DNA of 64,000 nucleotides, taken from Callorhinchus milii. Lineage: Eukaryota. Numbering within the stretch: the first letter of the stretch is position 1; the number at the start of each line of letters is the position of its first letter. The notes under the pieces are model-generated. The model was not told where the DNA came from. It searched no databases and saw only the letters and a list, made by a program, of their open reading frames with translations. The position numbers and the translations under genes were made by a program. Location of the stretch: positions 115,632,001 through 115,696,000 of the forward strand of contig NW_024704743.1 of NCBI RefSeq assembly GCF_018977255.1, written 5' to 3'. Below, piece after piece: positions 12,401 through 23,700 of the stretch.

Positions 12401-15400
12401 AATAAATTGGTCATTCCATGGCTGTTTGTGGGACCTTGTTTGAAAAATGATCGTTGCGCTTGTCTGCAAAACCAGCCCTATAATTAATGGTAAATATTTT
12501 GAAGCACTTTGAAATATTTCAACTTAATAAGACACTTAAAAAATGCAACCTTTTTACCCATAAGTTAAAGTTGTGTTGTGGAATCAAATGGGCAGAGAAG
12601 TCTCTGACCACAGCCATGGATTTGCTTTATGTAGTCCCTGGACCTCCCACCCACTCCCTCCCATTTTTCCTCTTTTTTTGTAGCCTATTGACTCTAAAGA
12701 TGAACATGAATTTTACAGCTGAAGTAAAATTTCCTGATTGGTTACTGACTGAGTACAGATAGCACTTTGGCTGCGTCTTAACTCACCACCTGTATCTCAA
12801 TACAGAGAGGTTTCTCTGAAATTGGAAGGATCCAAATATGAAAATTACCACCAATATTGCTAGTCAGTACTTGGTGACCAGACATTCTTTGCAGTATTTT
12901 GTCATTCGATAAATCTTGAAACTCTAGTTGGACCCACTCACCCTTGATTTAATTAAGAAATATGATTGAGGGGTTAGCTGGTTGGTGTAGTAGATAGAGC
13001 TGCATCTTACAAACCAGGAGCTTGCAGGTTTGAATCCTGGCCCAAACTGATTTTGCTGATCTCAGCTGGGGCTGAGGCTAAGTTGGCCTGGTCCTTCCCG
13101 GGGTTAGTGTAGGGTAAAATCAGCTGTGTTTCCCTGTCATGGTCCCCCTCTAACACACTCTACTGGTTGCATACCAGCCAGCTGAGGAGAGAAGGAGCAT
13201 GGCTGTGACATCATAATAATCCTTGCATTTGATATAGCTCCTGATCACGTTGTTGAGACATCTCAAAGCGCTTCACAGGATATACCATAAAGCGACTGTA
13301 TTTTGTGGGCAATCCTCTACAGTTGAGTGGCCTGTCGACACCCGCTGCCAAGGCTCACTTGTGAGCAGTGGCTTCTTAGATGGGGTCCCATTGGGAAATG
13401 TGGAATCACATTGGCATGTACCTCTCTTACTGGTGACCAGGAAGAGAGGTAGATGGCAATGGAGTGATAATTAGAAAAATAATTGATCTTAAAATATATT
13501 TAAAGAAATGCAAGAGGAGGAGTGTTTGAGAGATTTGGGAGCCGGACAATATCTTACCCCATTGCATGGAACAGGTACATAAATTGACTGGCAAGATACC
13601 TGTGTAAAGGAGAAAAGTTTTCTTATCCTCAAAAAAAAATTCAGGCAAAAACAATGTGAAGAAAATGTACAGGGAATATCTCCAGCATTTTGTCGGGAAA
13701 GAAATTAGGCACTATCTCAATATCAATTGCTCAAGCTTTCGGTTTACATTTCAAAAGATTATATTCATCTTCCAGTGAATATATCTTAGTGTAATATTTA
13801 GCAATTTAGTTTTATAATTTGCTTATGTCATACTTAATACTTTTTTTACTAAATTAAAGCAGAAATTTATTTGACTCTTTGCTCAAGTTTTTACAACCGA
13901 AGCATCTGAACATTGATGTCTTTCAATCAGCCCACATTATCCTGTTGAAATCCTGATTGGAGATCATCTGGAATAGGACATATTGACATACTGAGTGACT
14001 ACACCAAGTTCTACTCTACTGCTGAACTCAATGGGAGCACGGCCTCTGACAACTTTTCACAGTCGGGTCAATTTGGCATTCCATTTCATATTGTGTGCAT
14101 CAAATGGCCCTGGATGTGTATCACTCATGTGTGTTCTTCCCCTTGTTGTCAATGCCATTCTCGAAACTCGAGCCAGTATCCTGCTAGCTGGTGTCATGCT
14201 GCAATTCGCAAACTAGCAGCACGTTTTGCCACTGACAAAGGATGGTGTCAGGATGGGTCCATACTACAGAAGGTTCACAAACCAATTGGGTCTGTTCAAC
14301 ATGCTAAATATCAAAAGGCCTCTTTTGATATTTTTCCAAACAGGAAAAGCTCAAAGGATCCTTATACCATAACACCAATCATGTGACTAATTAAGGGCGT
14401 TCATCAGAAATTATAAAATACTTTTCAGAAAAGCAAATTGACATTCTCCACCAAAGTAGGAGTAGAGGAGAGCAGAAACGCTAAGGAATTAAAACCATCC
14501 AAGTAAGGCTAAGTCTCAGTACACACTTTGCACTGTTTGTGTAAGTCAACAAGATCTTGGGTAGCTGACACTTTTGGGAGGCAGCAGAGTGAATTAACAT
14601 AATGCTACAAATGTAGGGTTAACCTTACAATAAACGCAATGCAGTAGAACCTTGTTAAAATATACCTTATTATAATTTAGAAAATCGTTTAAAGAATGAA
14701 TTCCTAAACTAAGGGAGTTGTGAAATGGAGCTAAGTGAGCAAAGGGGTGATAGGTTTGTGATAGCTACAAATATGTTTAATCTTGGAACAGTGGAATACA
14801 GGAAAGCATTTTTGAATCAAGAAGCATATAAATCACTTGCTCTCATGTCTTGTGGGCTATGTCTTTAGTTCTACTGATAGAAGTGGTTTCTTATATCATG
14901 TCTCTACTTGGTCTTAGTTAAATTGGAAATTATTTGCTATGCTGTGGATTTCTCTGAACTTGCAGATGTGAAATTATAGCACACTTCAATTTACAAATTT
15001 ACTCCAACAGCATTTTATTTTCTCTTTTTTTAATATAGCCAATTGCTGTTTTTTTTTTACCATTTCCAATGTGAGGTCAAACACGTGGCCACTTCTGCTT
15101 TGGAGTTTCTCTTCTGTGCAATAGAACTACTGCTATTAACCATACGACAGCCTTTTTTTTATTTGCTGTATTTTCCAATGATTTTTATTTGCTGTATTTG
15201 AATGATTTGTTTATTTGCTGTATTTGGATGACTTTTTATTTGCATGGTTTAAAGAAAATAGCTTATGAAAATGAAATGGTGCACAGCTTTTTGAACTGCG
15301 CTCCAGCATGTTTGACGCATAACATTTTTAGAATGCATTTTCTTCACAGCTTTTAACATAGTTTTGTTAACTGCACATTGCATTATTGGTTTGCTTGCTG

Positions 15401-18400
15401 CATTTTTAATAATATTTTGTTTCCTTTTTTTTCCCCCTTCCCTTTTGGTAAATTTCTTTAACCTTCCTTCACATTGTGTTCATCACTAGCCATGGAGGGT
15501 AAGCAAATGACGTGTATTTTTTTTCTTTCTCTGTTTGATATATCTAACTTGTAGCTGTTTGTTCTTTCCACTCCTTCGAGGTGACATGAAAAGATATTTC
15601 TATTTGCAATATGTTTTGACATTGAAATAGATCAAAGACATGTGGTGCACCAGATTTCAGCACTAGAATTGGGGTTATTGAACTTTGATTTGAGGTGCAA
15701 ATACTTTCATGGACGGTTAACTAAGGTTGACAATAGACAATTGGGAATCTAACATTCTAACACGCAGTTTCAATTTAGAAATTTGTAATGTATGAATTTG
15801 GAATCACCCAGGTAAGCCAGAGGTAGACTGACCCTCATTTTCTCTTCTCTTCCCCCTCCCCCATTCGGGGAATACTATTTCTTCATGACAATAAACTTGG
15901 CTTGTGCATTTGACTTGCAGCATTCGATTGTCAGTCAGCAGGATCACAGATTTTATCACTGCAGAGAACTCAGTTTGAAATCATTATCCCTCTAATAGGC
16001 AGCCGAAGATCACAGTAGGGAGCAAGTTTTACTTTAGGGCTGAGGATGAGGTTAATTGTTCAGGTAGTGTCAGTAGGTGTTTTGCTCTGAATTTAACTAA
16101 TATGCTTCACTTTGATGAGCATAAAAATCAGGGCAAAGTGTACATTTTAAAAGGACAAATTATTTTTTGTTTTCATGAAAAATGGTGAGTTTGGGAAAAT
16201 CAAGTCACTTTCATAATTTTCGTAACGATCCTTGATTCACTTTCCAACTTAAAGGGAAAGCATGAGACTAGTCACTGGGGGCAGGGTACCCTCCCACTCC
16301 ACTCCTGTTAACGTTGCAAGCCAGAACCCTAAGGGGTAGGGTTGTCCTAGCTGGCCAAGCAGTGAGAAAGCTTGCCAGACAGTGCTATCAATGGCAAGCT
16401 ATGAAGATTTAGCTGGTTAATCTCCAGCCATACCCCAACTCACACTCTGGGATCCCCAAGGTTTGGCTCTTGCTAACCTGTGCCTAATACTATCTGGAAT
16501 TAGGTAAGCATGATGCATCCCGCCAGGAGGAGAGTGTGCATTTCCATTCCAACAATATATCTCTGGGATTTCCATGTGTAGGTGGGATGCATGGAATTCT
16601 CAGTTTGGTTTGGATACAAGTATGGATGGGTTTCCACATGTCAGTCACCCGGCTGACCAAAAAAAACCAGCATCCTGCCCTACTGCAGCATGTCTGAGCT
16701 ATAATAAAATAACTTACTTCAATTACAATATATTACATAGATCTGTCACACAAGCCGTTTCCTTTACAAAAGGCAAAGAAAAAATACTTGCAGTGAAAAT
16801 ACAATAAAATAATAGATCCTCCTTTATATTGAAATTGGTGCTTTCTTTTCTCGTCACCTATGGATGTTATTTTTGTAAAACTAACTCCTTTGTGTGTACT
16901 GTAACAGCACATGTGCAGATTTAACTGCCTGAGTGTGATTCTAATCACCCTTGTCCCAATGTGTTGAAATCCATTAGACATAGACCACTTCACTAAATTA
17001 GCTTATGGCTATGTTTTGATGTACAGGTGGTAGAACTACTATTAGTTTCTATATATAGCCTATTAAGTGTACACATGTAGCTTAGTGAATGCACGCTCAA
17101 GGATTGCAGCTGCTTTGCTGGCTTTGTTATTCCAGACAAACGTTAGGCACTTGGCTCCGAGCATTTGGTAAGCTAAGGTCGGTTTAATCCATCGTACCAG
17201 CCTTTTTTTAAAAAAAAAGCCTCAAGTAGTTCAGTTTGGGAAATTATCTCGAGTGAAGGTCATTAATCATTTGGCAGCTAAAGACCATTCGCTGCACATA
17301 AAGTGTGCAGCAAATGCAGCATTTGAATTTTTTTTGAAAAGCAGTCATCTGAAACCCAAGATTCGATCACTGCCTTGCAGTGACATTGGTTTCAGTTATT
17401 TACAATATATGCTGTATTCATGCCACAGCAATTATTGCTGCTGATTTTGTTTTTTGCTTGGGGTTCCCCATGTATGTTGAGGTACTGCCAGAATTTGACC
17501 AGCTAAAACCATGCAGCTTACCAATGTAAACGCTGTCTGTCTGGCAAGCTTTCTGCTACTTCTCCATTTAGGACCACCCAACTGTTGGGGCTTGGCTTGC
17601 ACTGTCCTTGATGTGTAAAGATGACTGTTGTGGCGTATCATAGTATGCTTGTTAAACTATGCAGTTGATAAGTAGGAAAATCTTTTTTCAGCACATGCTG
17701 AGCAGCTAGTTACATATTGGTTATTGGGGAGAAGTAGGAGAGGTTAAAAACAGAACCATGTTATCTCTCTTGTACTTGAAGAAATATGCTGCAGTGGGAT
17801 ACTGACTGACTTGTTTATTGTAATTCAGATCCAACCACAGGAAATAAGTCCTCCCCCCACAGCTAACCTGGACCGGTCCAATGACAAGGTCTATGAAAAT
17901 GTAACGGGATTGGTAAAGGCGGTGATAGAGATGTCCAGTAAAATCCAGCCAGCTACACCAGAGGAATATGTACCAATGGTGAAGGTAAGGAATGTGTGCA
18001 ATTTGTTTGTTGCTAGGATTTGGGCCCTTGACAGATTTGGTGAGGAATCGTGCTCTGAAAAAGTAACCCAAGTTCTGAGACAAAACAATGATCAAGAAAA
18101 ATCAATTTCTTCCATCCAATTGTTTTACCCTCAATAAAAGTTGAGGTGGCCAGGTGGTGATTAGTGCTATTGTCAGTGTGGACTAGCCCTGAAAATAAAT
18201 CCCTGGCACTCCAGATGCAGAGATCAGGATCAGATGTGTACATTACAATATAAAATTACATTTGTATAGCACCTTTCACGTCAGGAGGACGTCCCAAGGT
18301 GCTGGACAGTCATGGACCCGAGCTGGGGGTCTGGATCTGGAAGGGTGCGAAGGCATGGTCGAAGAAGAGAGTTTTTGAGATGCGCCTTGAAGGAGGCAAG

Positions 18401-20221
18401 GGAGGATGCAAGGCCAAGAGAATGTGGGATGAAGTTCCAAAGGGTGGGGGCAGAAAGGCTGAAGGTCCGATCGCTGATGGTGTGCCCAATTGGCTGCCGC
18501 GTTTTGTCCCACAAAACACACAATCAGTTCACTTTACAGTTTATTCTGTGAAGCGCTTTGAGACGTCTCAAAGACATGATAAGATGCTGTTTTAAATGCA
18601 AGTATTATCAGTTTCATTCTGCGGCAACAGTTCTGCTTTGATTGATAGTTGTCCATATGTTTTCAGGAGGTTGGATTGGCATTAAGAACTTTACTGGCCA
18701 CAGTGGATGAAACTATTCCTTCCCTCCCAGCTAGCACACATAGAGAGGTAAGTGAATATATTCTAAACCTCTGACTAATAATCATCCATTGTTGCTATAG
18801 TTACTGTCTGGGGAGGCAGCTTTTGGTTTAGTTTGCATATAAAGAAAAAGCAGTTTGTAAGATTATTGCTTCTCACAGGCAAACATTTCAATGCAAAATG
18901 AAGCAAAAACATTGCTGAACTGTAGATAATGAATGAGCTTGATCACTGGAGAACTGGAAGCTCATATCTGATCTGGCAGCAGAAAGCTTAGAGAGTCTCA
19001 ATCAGGCATTTGGGAATGATGGTTCTGGCAATTTGACTGCATGGCGTGTCTCTGCAGTCAGCTGACAGAATGTTCACCTGGTTGATTTTATGACTGACTA
19101 CAAAACGGGAACACACAGAAGTGCAGAAGAGACCGTGCTCCCTCTCGCCAGTGTTGAAGAAAAAAACTGCACTCCCTCTCTGACCCTCAATCTTTCTCTC
19201 CAGATGTCTGGAAGCTTCCCCTTCAAAATTGCTGACCAACTTAAGTTTGATAATAATCTTGTATTTAATAAGTAAGCCCCAGTGTAACAAATAAAACTAC
19301 AGCTTTACATGTGCTTGTTTGGGAAGATTTAGCCTGGCTCAGTTGAATCAGATCTTGAATCGGAAGGTTGTGGGTTCAAGCCCCACGTCAGGACTTTGAG
19401 CTCATAGTCTACTAAGACGACACCTCAATGCAGTGCTGGGGACTGCTGCAGTATCAGAGATGCTCTCCTTCAATATTTGAAAAGATAAGAGTGTTTCTCT
19501 CAGTCCTGGCCAACAATCCCCTAGATAAATTGGTCGTTCACGTCATGGTGGTTTGTGGGTCATTTTTGTGAGTGAATTGGCTGTGTGTTCACCTACAGAA
19601 ACAGTCACTATACCTTACTATGTGTCACTATGTGGAGTCCTGTAGCTCAGTAGTTAGAGCACTCACTTTGCAAGCGAGAGTCCTGAGTTCAATTCCAGGC
19701 AGGGCGAAACCTTGGGCAAGTTTCCTTACTCCACACGCCTAATAATAATCCCTCCAAAACCAAAACAATAATAAAAAAAAATTGGTCATTTTCTATCTAC
19801 GACTGTTTGTGGGACATTGCTGTGCGCAATTGGCTGCCGCGTTCGCCCACAAATATACAGTCAATTCACTTTACAGTGTGTTCTGTGAAGCGCTTTGGGA
19901 CGTCCTCCCGACGTGAAAAGCGCTATATCAAATTCAAGGATTATTATTATTATTATTATTATTATTAATATTTGTATGTAACCATGATGTATTTTGCCTT
20001 CATAGATTGAAATGGCTCAGAAGTTATTGAACTCTGATTTGGCAGAATTAATTGGCAAGATGAAGCTGGCCCAACAGTACGTAATGACTACCCTCCAGCA
20101 CGAATACAAGAAGCAGATGCTGACAGCTGCCCATGCACTGGCTGTGGACGCTAAAAATTTGCTGGATGTTATTGACCAAGCTAGACTGAAAATGATCGGA
20201 GGGCAGCCTAGACCTCTCTAG
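3401..20221 (+). CDS. PTK2: Focal adhesion kinase 1, C-terminal part (proline-rich regions + FAT domain), multi-exon; 5' part lies upstream of the window
   Basis: Exons 3401-3487, 4067-4207, 4621-4752, 9337-9399, 10235-10274, 11962-12068, (15490-15498), 17829-17984, 18667-18747 and 20006-20221 have AG/GT boundaries and join in frame to a FAK C-terminus ending ...DQARLKMIGGQPRPL*. Confidence 0.97.
4067..4207 (+). CDS. PTK2: PTK2 exon VSGYTGSHG...IWPQNIE
   Basis: tag|GTT...GAG|gta; 141 nt, phase 0/0. Confidence 0.94.
4621..4752 (+). CDS. PTK2: PTK2 exon DSGTMD...MEERLIRQQQEMEEDQRWLEQEEKFL
   Basis: cag|GAT...TTG|gta; FAK coiled-coil motif. Confidence 0.96.
7001..7352 (+). mobile_element. Older subfamily tRNA-head SINE
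   Basis: Similar to 54914-55266. Confidence 0.75.
8243..8417. mobile_element. Tc1/mariner (Tigger-like) MITE; second partial copy at 7948-8077
   Basis: CAGTGACACTC ... GAGTTTCACTG|TA; an internal stretch of about 85 bp is duplicated at 7948-8035. Confidence 0.5.
9337..9399 (+). CDS. PTK2: PTK2 exon KPDPRSLRNNVDRDDGGLLGP
   Basis: cag|AAA...CCA|gtaagt; 63 nt. Confidence 0.92.
10235..10274 (+). CDS. PTK2: PTK2 exon TGNQHIYQPVGKP (Y861 equivalent)
   Basis: tag|ACT...CCAG|gtaaga; 40 nt, ends in phase 1. Confidence 0.95.
10338..10920 (+). mobile_element. Older SINE with Deu-domain-like core (SacSINE1/AmnSINE1 type), interrupted by an inverted SINE tail at about 10422-10600
   Basis: tRNA-like head (AGCTCAG..TGAGTCAGAAGGTTG..GGTTCAAGCC), then GGATGAGACATTAAAC..AAAGATCCCA..GGCAC core; family name from recall. 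Confidence 0.7.
11390..11630 (+). mobile_element. Deu-type SINE fragment
   Basis: Same head and core motifs. Confidence 0.6.
11962..12068 (+). CDS. PTK2: PTK2 exon (E)HAAPPKKPPRPGAP...DSYNEGVK
   Basis: cag|AG...AAG|gtaaga; 107 nt, completes the phase-1 codon. Confidence 0.95.
12173..12550 (+). mobile_element. Deu-type SINE
   Basis: GGATGAGACATTAAAC..AAAGATCC..CTATTTGAAAAGAG core. Confidence 0.6.
15490..15498 (+). CDS. PTK2: PTK2 alternative 9-nt microexon encoding Pro-Trp-Arg (FAK+ isoform)
   Basis: ctag|CCATGGAGG|gtaagc after a very long polypyrimidine tract; lies exactly between the NEGVK and IQPQE exons, where the PWR insert of FAK+ is known. Confidence 0.93.
16261..16660. repeat. Unclassified interspersed repeat (inverse of 24931-25430)
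   Basis: Long reverse-complement similarity, e.g. ATCAATGGCAAGCTATG / CATAGCTTGCCATTGAT and TCTCTGGGATTTCCATGTGTAGG / CCTACACATGGAAATCCCAGAGA. Confidence 0.8.
17829..17984 (+). CDS. PTK2: PTK2 exon IQPQEISPPP...KVYENV...EYVPMVK (FAT start; S910/Y925 equivalents)
   Basis: cag|ATC...AAG|gtaagg; 156 nt. Confidence 0.97.
18243..18480 (-). mobile_element. L2 3' fragment
   Basis: FSLSAPTLWN motif and family tail. Confidence 0.7.
18667..18747 (+). CDS. PTK2: PTK2 exon EVGLALRTLLATVDETIPSLPASTHRE
   Basis: cag|GAG...GAG|gtaagt; 81 nt. Confidence 0.96.
19330..19620 (+). mobile_element. Deu-type SINE (core partly deleted)
   Basis: AGCCTGGCTCAGTTG..GAAGGTTGTGGGTTCAAGCCCCAC head. Confidence 0.6.
19632..19967 (+). 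mobile_element. Young tRNA-head SINE with L2-like tail, full length
   Basis: GTGGAGTCCTGTAGCTCAG..GAGTTCAATTCC (Pol III A/B boxes), shared body, tail GCGCTATATCAAA..GG(ATT)n; near-identical copies across the window. Confidence 0.9.
20006..20221 (+). CDS. PTK2: PTK2 last coding exon (FAT helices 3-4) to TAG
   Basis: tag|ATT GAA ATG GCT...; IEMAQKLLNSDLAELIGKMKLAQQY... Confidence 0.97.
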   Translation: MEMAQKLLNSDLAELIGKMKLAQQYVMTTLQHEYKKQMLTAAHALAVDAKNLLDVIDQARLKMIGGQPRPL

Positions 20222-21007
20222 CTACGTGAAGCCTGCTCTGTGGGTTCTTGGGATGATTGTGTGATCAAATCTACCACCAGCATGTGGAATCGAAAAGAGC
20301 CAAAAAAAACTTTATCTACATAATATATATATAAAGCAGAGAGTGCTGTTACATCGTGGATTCTGGGACACCTGAGGGCTGAGAATTCTTGCTGCACAGT
20401 ACAGAAACTGCGGACTGAAATGTTCCACTGAAATGAAATACACTACAGCGAACGATGTTTAGCTGTAATACATCAATCAAATGTTGAACAAAGATGTTAT
20501 ATTTTCAGACTGAAGGCATTTAAGATAACATTTTAAGAAACAAAAAAATCCTTCCTTGTTGCTCCAATTCTCTAGAGAACGGAGCTTCTGCTGAGTCTCA
20601 GCAAACTCTCTGAAGCGAAGCATTCGTTAAAAGAAATAGCTGTAGGATAGAGCTGAGACTGTATATCTTTCTTTGAACAAAAACACGTGCCAGTTATGGA
20701 GAAGAAACCTGGTAAAGATTGCGCTGCATTTGCAGGCGGAGTGCTGTGTATTAATATTTCTCCTACCATTGTTTAATTTCTTTTTTTAATTTAAAACTAA
20801 AGCCATGTTGACAATTAAAACCAATGTAGTTACTAACCATCTTGTTTGTGGCTTGTCTGGGAGTTTGTTGGAAACAGTAGTACACTGGCGTGGTACATTT
20901 TTTTTTATTTCCCATCTGTATTGCCTGTTCTCTGGAACTCCCTCCTTCATTTTGAGGTATAAATTATTCTCAGGAAGAATATAATGAACTGTACAGTTAC
21001 TTGACCT

Positions 21008-21013
21008 ATTAAA
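21008..21013 (+). terminator. PTK2: Likely PTK2 polyadenylation signal (ATTAAA)
   Basis: ATTAAA about 790 nt after the stop, followed by T-rich downstream sequence. Confidence 0.55.
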
Positions 21014-21423
21014 AATGTGTTAACAAATTCTGTAATTCGAGCTTTTTTTAAATCGCTCTACCTGCGTCTATATTGATTTTATTTCTAGAACAAATTATCT
21101 CCATTCCTGGGTTTGGAAATACCTGCAAACGTTTACTTTTTTTTATTTTAAATCCCCTTTCTTTTCATTTCTGCCTCTAGGAGACCTCATTGAGGGGAGC
21201 GATTGAGAACACTTCACAGCTTTTCCGCAGCTCTGTGGCTTCATGGATTTACTTACGAATGTGAATGAAATGTGAATTTCACCTGAATTGCTGAACCTTG
21301 TATACTACCAATGTCTCGTCTTCTCCCCTTTACCTTTTCACCCCATTTGAAACAATGTTTGTGGAGATATTTGTGGGGTTGTAGGAGGCTGAGATTGTAG
21401 GGTGAGTCAAGGCTGTAAAGGGA

Positions 21424-21650
21424 TAATAATAATAATAATACTTGCATTTGATATAGCGCTTTTCACGTCTTCTAGACGTCCCAAAGCACTTCACAGAATA
21501 TACTGTAAAGTGAATTGACTGTATATTTGTGGGCGAACGCGGCAGCCAATTGCGCACAGTAGTGTCCCACAAACAGTAGTAGATTGAAAATGACCAATTT
21601 ATTATTGTTTTGTTTTTTTGGAGGGATTATTATTAGGTGTGGAGTAAGGA
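21424..21650 (-). mobile_element. 5'-truncated tRNA-head SINE
   Basis: Reverse complement of body and tail. Confidence 0.85.
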
Positions 21651-22778
21651 TTTGAAGGTCAGAATGAGAATTTTGATCCACTGGGGAATGGGGAGCCAGT
21701 TGAGCTGAGTGAGGATGGGAGTGAGGTCTCTGAATCCAAGAAGGAACCACTAAAGTGCAGTGACTGTTTCTTGGGCTTTACCACCGTTACTATGAAATCA
21801 CCCTGTTTCTCCTTTCTGCTATAGTTGGGTTCTAAAATATTATATACACAAACCAAATATATTATGTTAAATGTGACATTGGGTTGCAAAATTTGTGGCC
21901 CGTCAATCCCAACTCGCACCGCAACAATTTGTGGGACACTGCTGTGTGCAATTGGCTGTCGCGTTTCACCGACAAAATATACAGTTAATTCACTTACAGT
22001 ATACTCTGAAGCGCTTTGAGACGTATAGAAGTGATAAGGCGCTATATCAGATGCAAGGATTATTATATGACAATTGCAAACCAGTAGTCAAAACTCGGGC
22101 AACAAATCTAGATTGCAATATCACATTTTCAACCCCAATGTACAGACTTTTAAGACCCAAAGGTAATGTCACCCTTTATTCTGTCTAGCCTTCATTTTAA
22201 TTTGTTTTCAAAACTTTGCGCCCATGCCTGAGTCATTTTTGTTATTGTCTCCAGGTTACAATAAGCAAAAATGTTTACAATAGTAAAATTGCACTGTTGT
22301 ATAAGGGGTTTAAAGACTACCTGACTATTAAACAGTTAAATATTATTTATGCATCTAAAACAGTGGAAAGGCAGAAAAGGCCATGCATGTACACCAGTTA
22401 ATGGGTTCTCATGGCATCAGCCTATATTAGATTCTTCATTCCCCTGTGGCCTTGACAACTGTGGGAGGAAGGAATTACAGTTCTTTCTCAGTTGACACAA
22501 CAACTGGAGCATGTGAAATTATTCCCTCACTGTGCCAAAGATCTATTTATGCAAATCAGGTGCAAAAGAGAATGCACTTGGGAAAACCCATTCATTTTGG
22601 AATAGCAATGAATTTTTGAAGTTAGAATGAGGCATTATTCTTCGAAGGCAGGAAAATGCTTTATTACACTTGATTTATAGATTTTGCAACAGTAGAGGTA
22701 GAGAAATACTGAATGTTGTCTGTAGAGAAGGAGGGGGAAAACTGGATTTGAATAATGGCGATTTAATGAATACTGTAT

Positions 22779-23142
22779 TAGCTTGGCTCAGTTTCATGAG
22801 TTAAAGTTGAGAGTTTAAAACCACATAGGGACTTTGAATTCATATACCTGTAGTTTAGACTGACCCTTCAGTGAAGTGTTGATGTGTCCTGCATTGCACT
22901 GCATTGTACTTTAGAAGAGATGTTAAACCAAAATTTTATCTGTCTGCTCAGATGGATATTAAAGATCCCTCGTCACTATTCAATGAGAAGGGAGTTTCAC
23001 CTGGTATCCTGGCCAATAATCCCCCAGATAAAATTTGCCATTCACTTCATGGCTGTTTGTCGGGACATTGCTGCTTGCAAATTGGCTTCACTTCTAAATA
23101 CAGTCACCATACTTCACAGTAAATCCCGTGAAATGCTTTGAG
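22779..23142 (+). mobile_element. Deu-type SINE
   Basis: Head plus GAGATGTTAAACC..AAAGATCCC core. Confidence 0.6.
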
Positions 23143-23388
23143 CATCCAATGTCTGCTGAATAATTGCTGAATAGTATCTGAAAAGATGTTAAACTAATTC
23201 TGAATAATTGGCTGTCAGTCTTTAATTGGCAAAACAGTGTCCAAATTGCATTAACGACAAATTACATTTATATAGCGCCTTTCACATCAGATATCAGCTT
23301 TCTACTTTTTTTCCCTTGCTAATTGTTGCATCATTTATCTCCCCTTCACTTCTACTTAAGTATTTGACTCCTTGTTCTTTCTTCTTTC

Positions 23389-23700
23389 GTGGAGTCTTGT
23401 AGCTCAGTGGATATAGCACTTGCCTTTCAAGTGAGAGACCTGGGTTCGATTCCCGGCAGAGCAAAACCTTGGGCAAGTTTCCTTACTCCACACGCCTGAT
23501 AATAATCCCTCAAGAAAAAAAATAATAATTTGGTCACTTCAATCCACGACTGTTTGTGGGACACTGTTATGTGCAATTGGCTGCCAGCCATGTTCGCCCA
23601 CAAATATACAGTCAATTCACTTTCCAGTATATTCTGTGAGGCACTTTGAGACGTCTAGAAGACGTGAAAAGCGCTATATCAAATGGAAGGATTATTATTA
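23389..23700 (+). mobile_element. tRNA-head SINE copy
   Basis: Same head, body and (ATT)n tail as the copy at 19632. Confidence 0.9.

Noticed and set aside
12970..13200. Naming the ancient SINE-like fragments (also about 23710-23940, 35105-35290 and 58335-58520)
   Set aside because: They look mutually related but are too degraded to assign a family or boundaries by eye
19632..19705. tRNA-Ala(TGC)-like genes at SINE heads (also 23389, 26146, 30386, 46829, 54305)
   Set aside because: Each runs into the same SINE body and (ATT)n tail and lacks a proper acceptor stem, so these are SINE heads rather than tRNA genes
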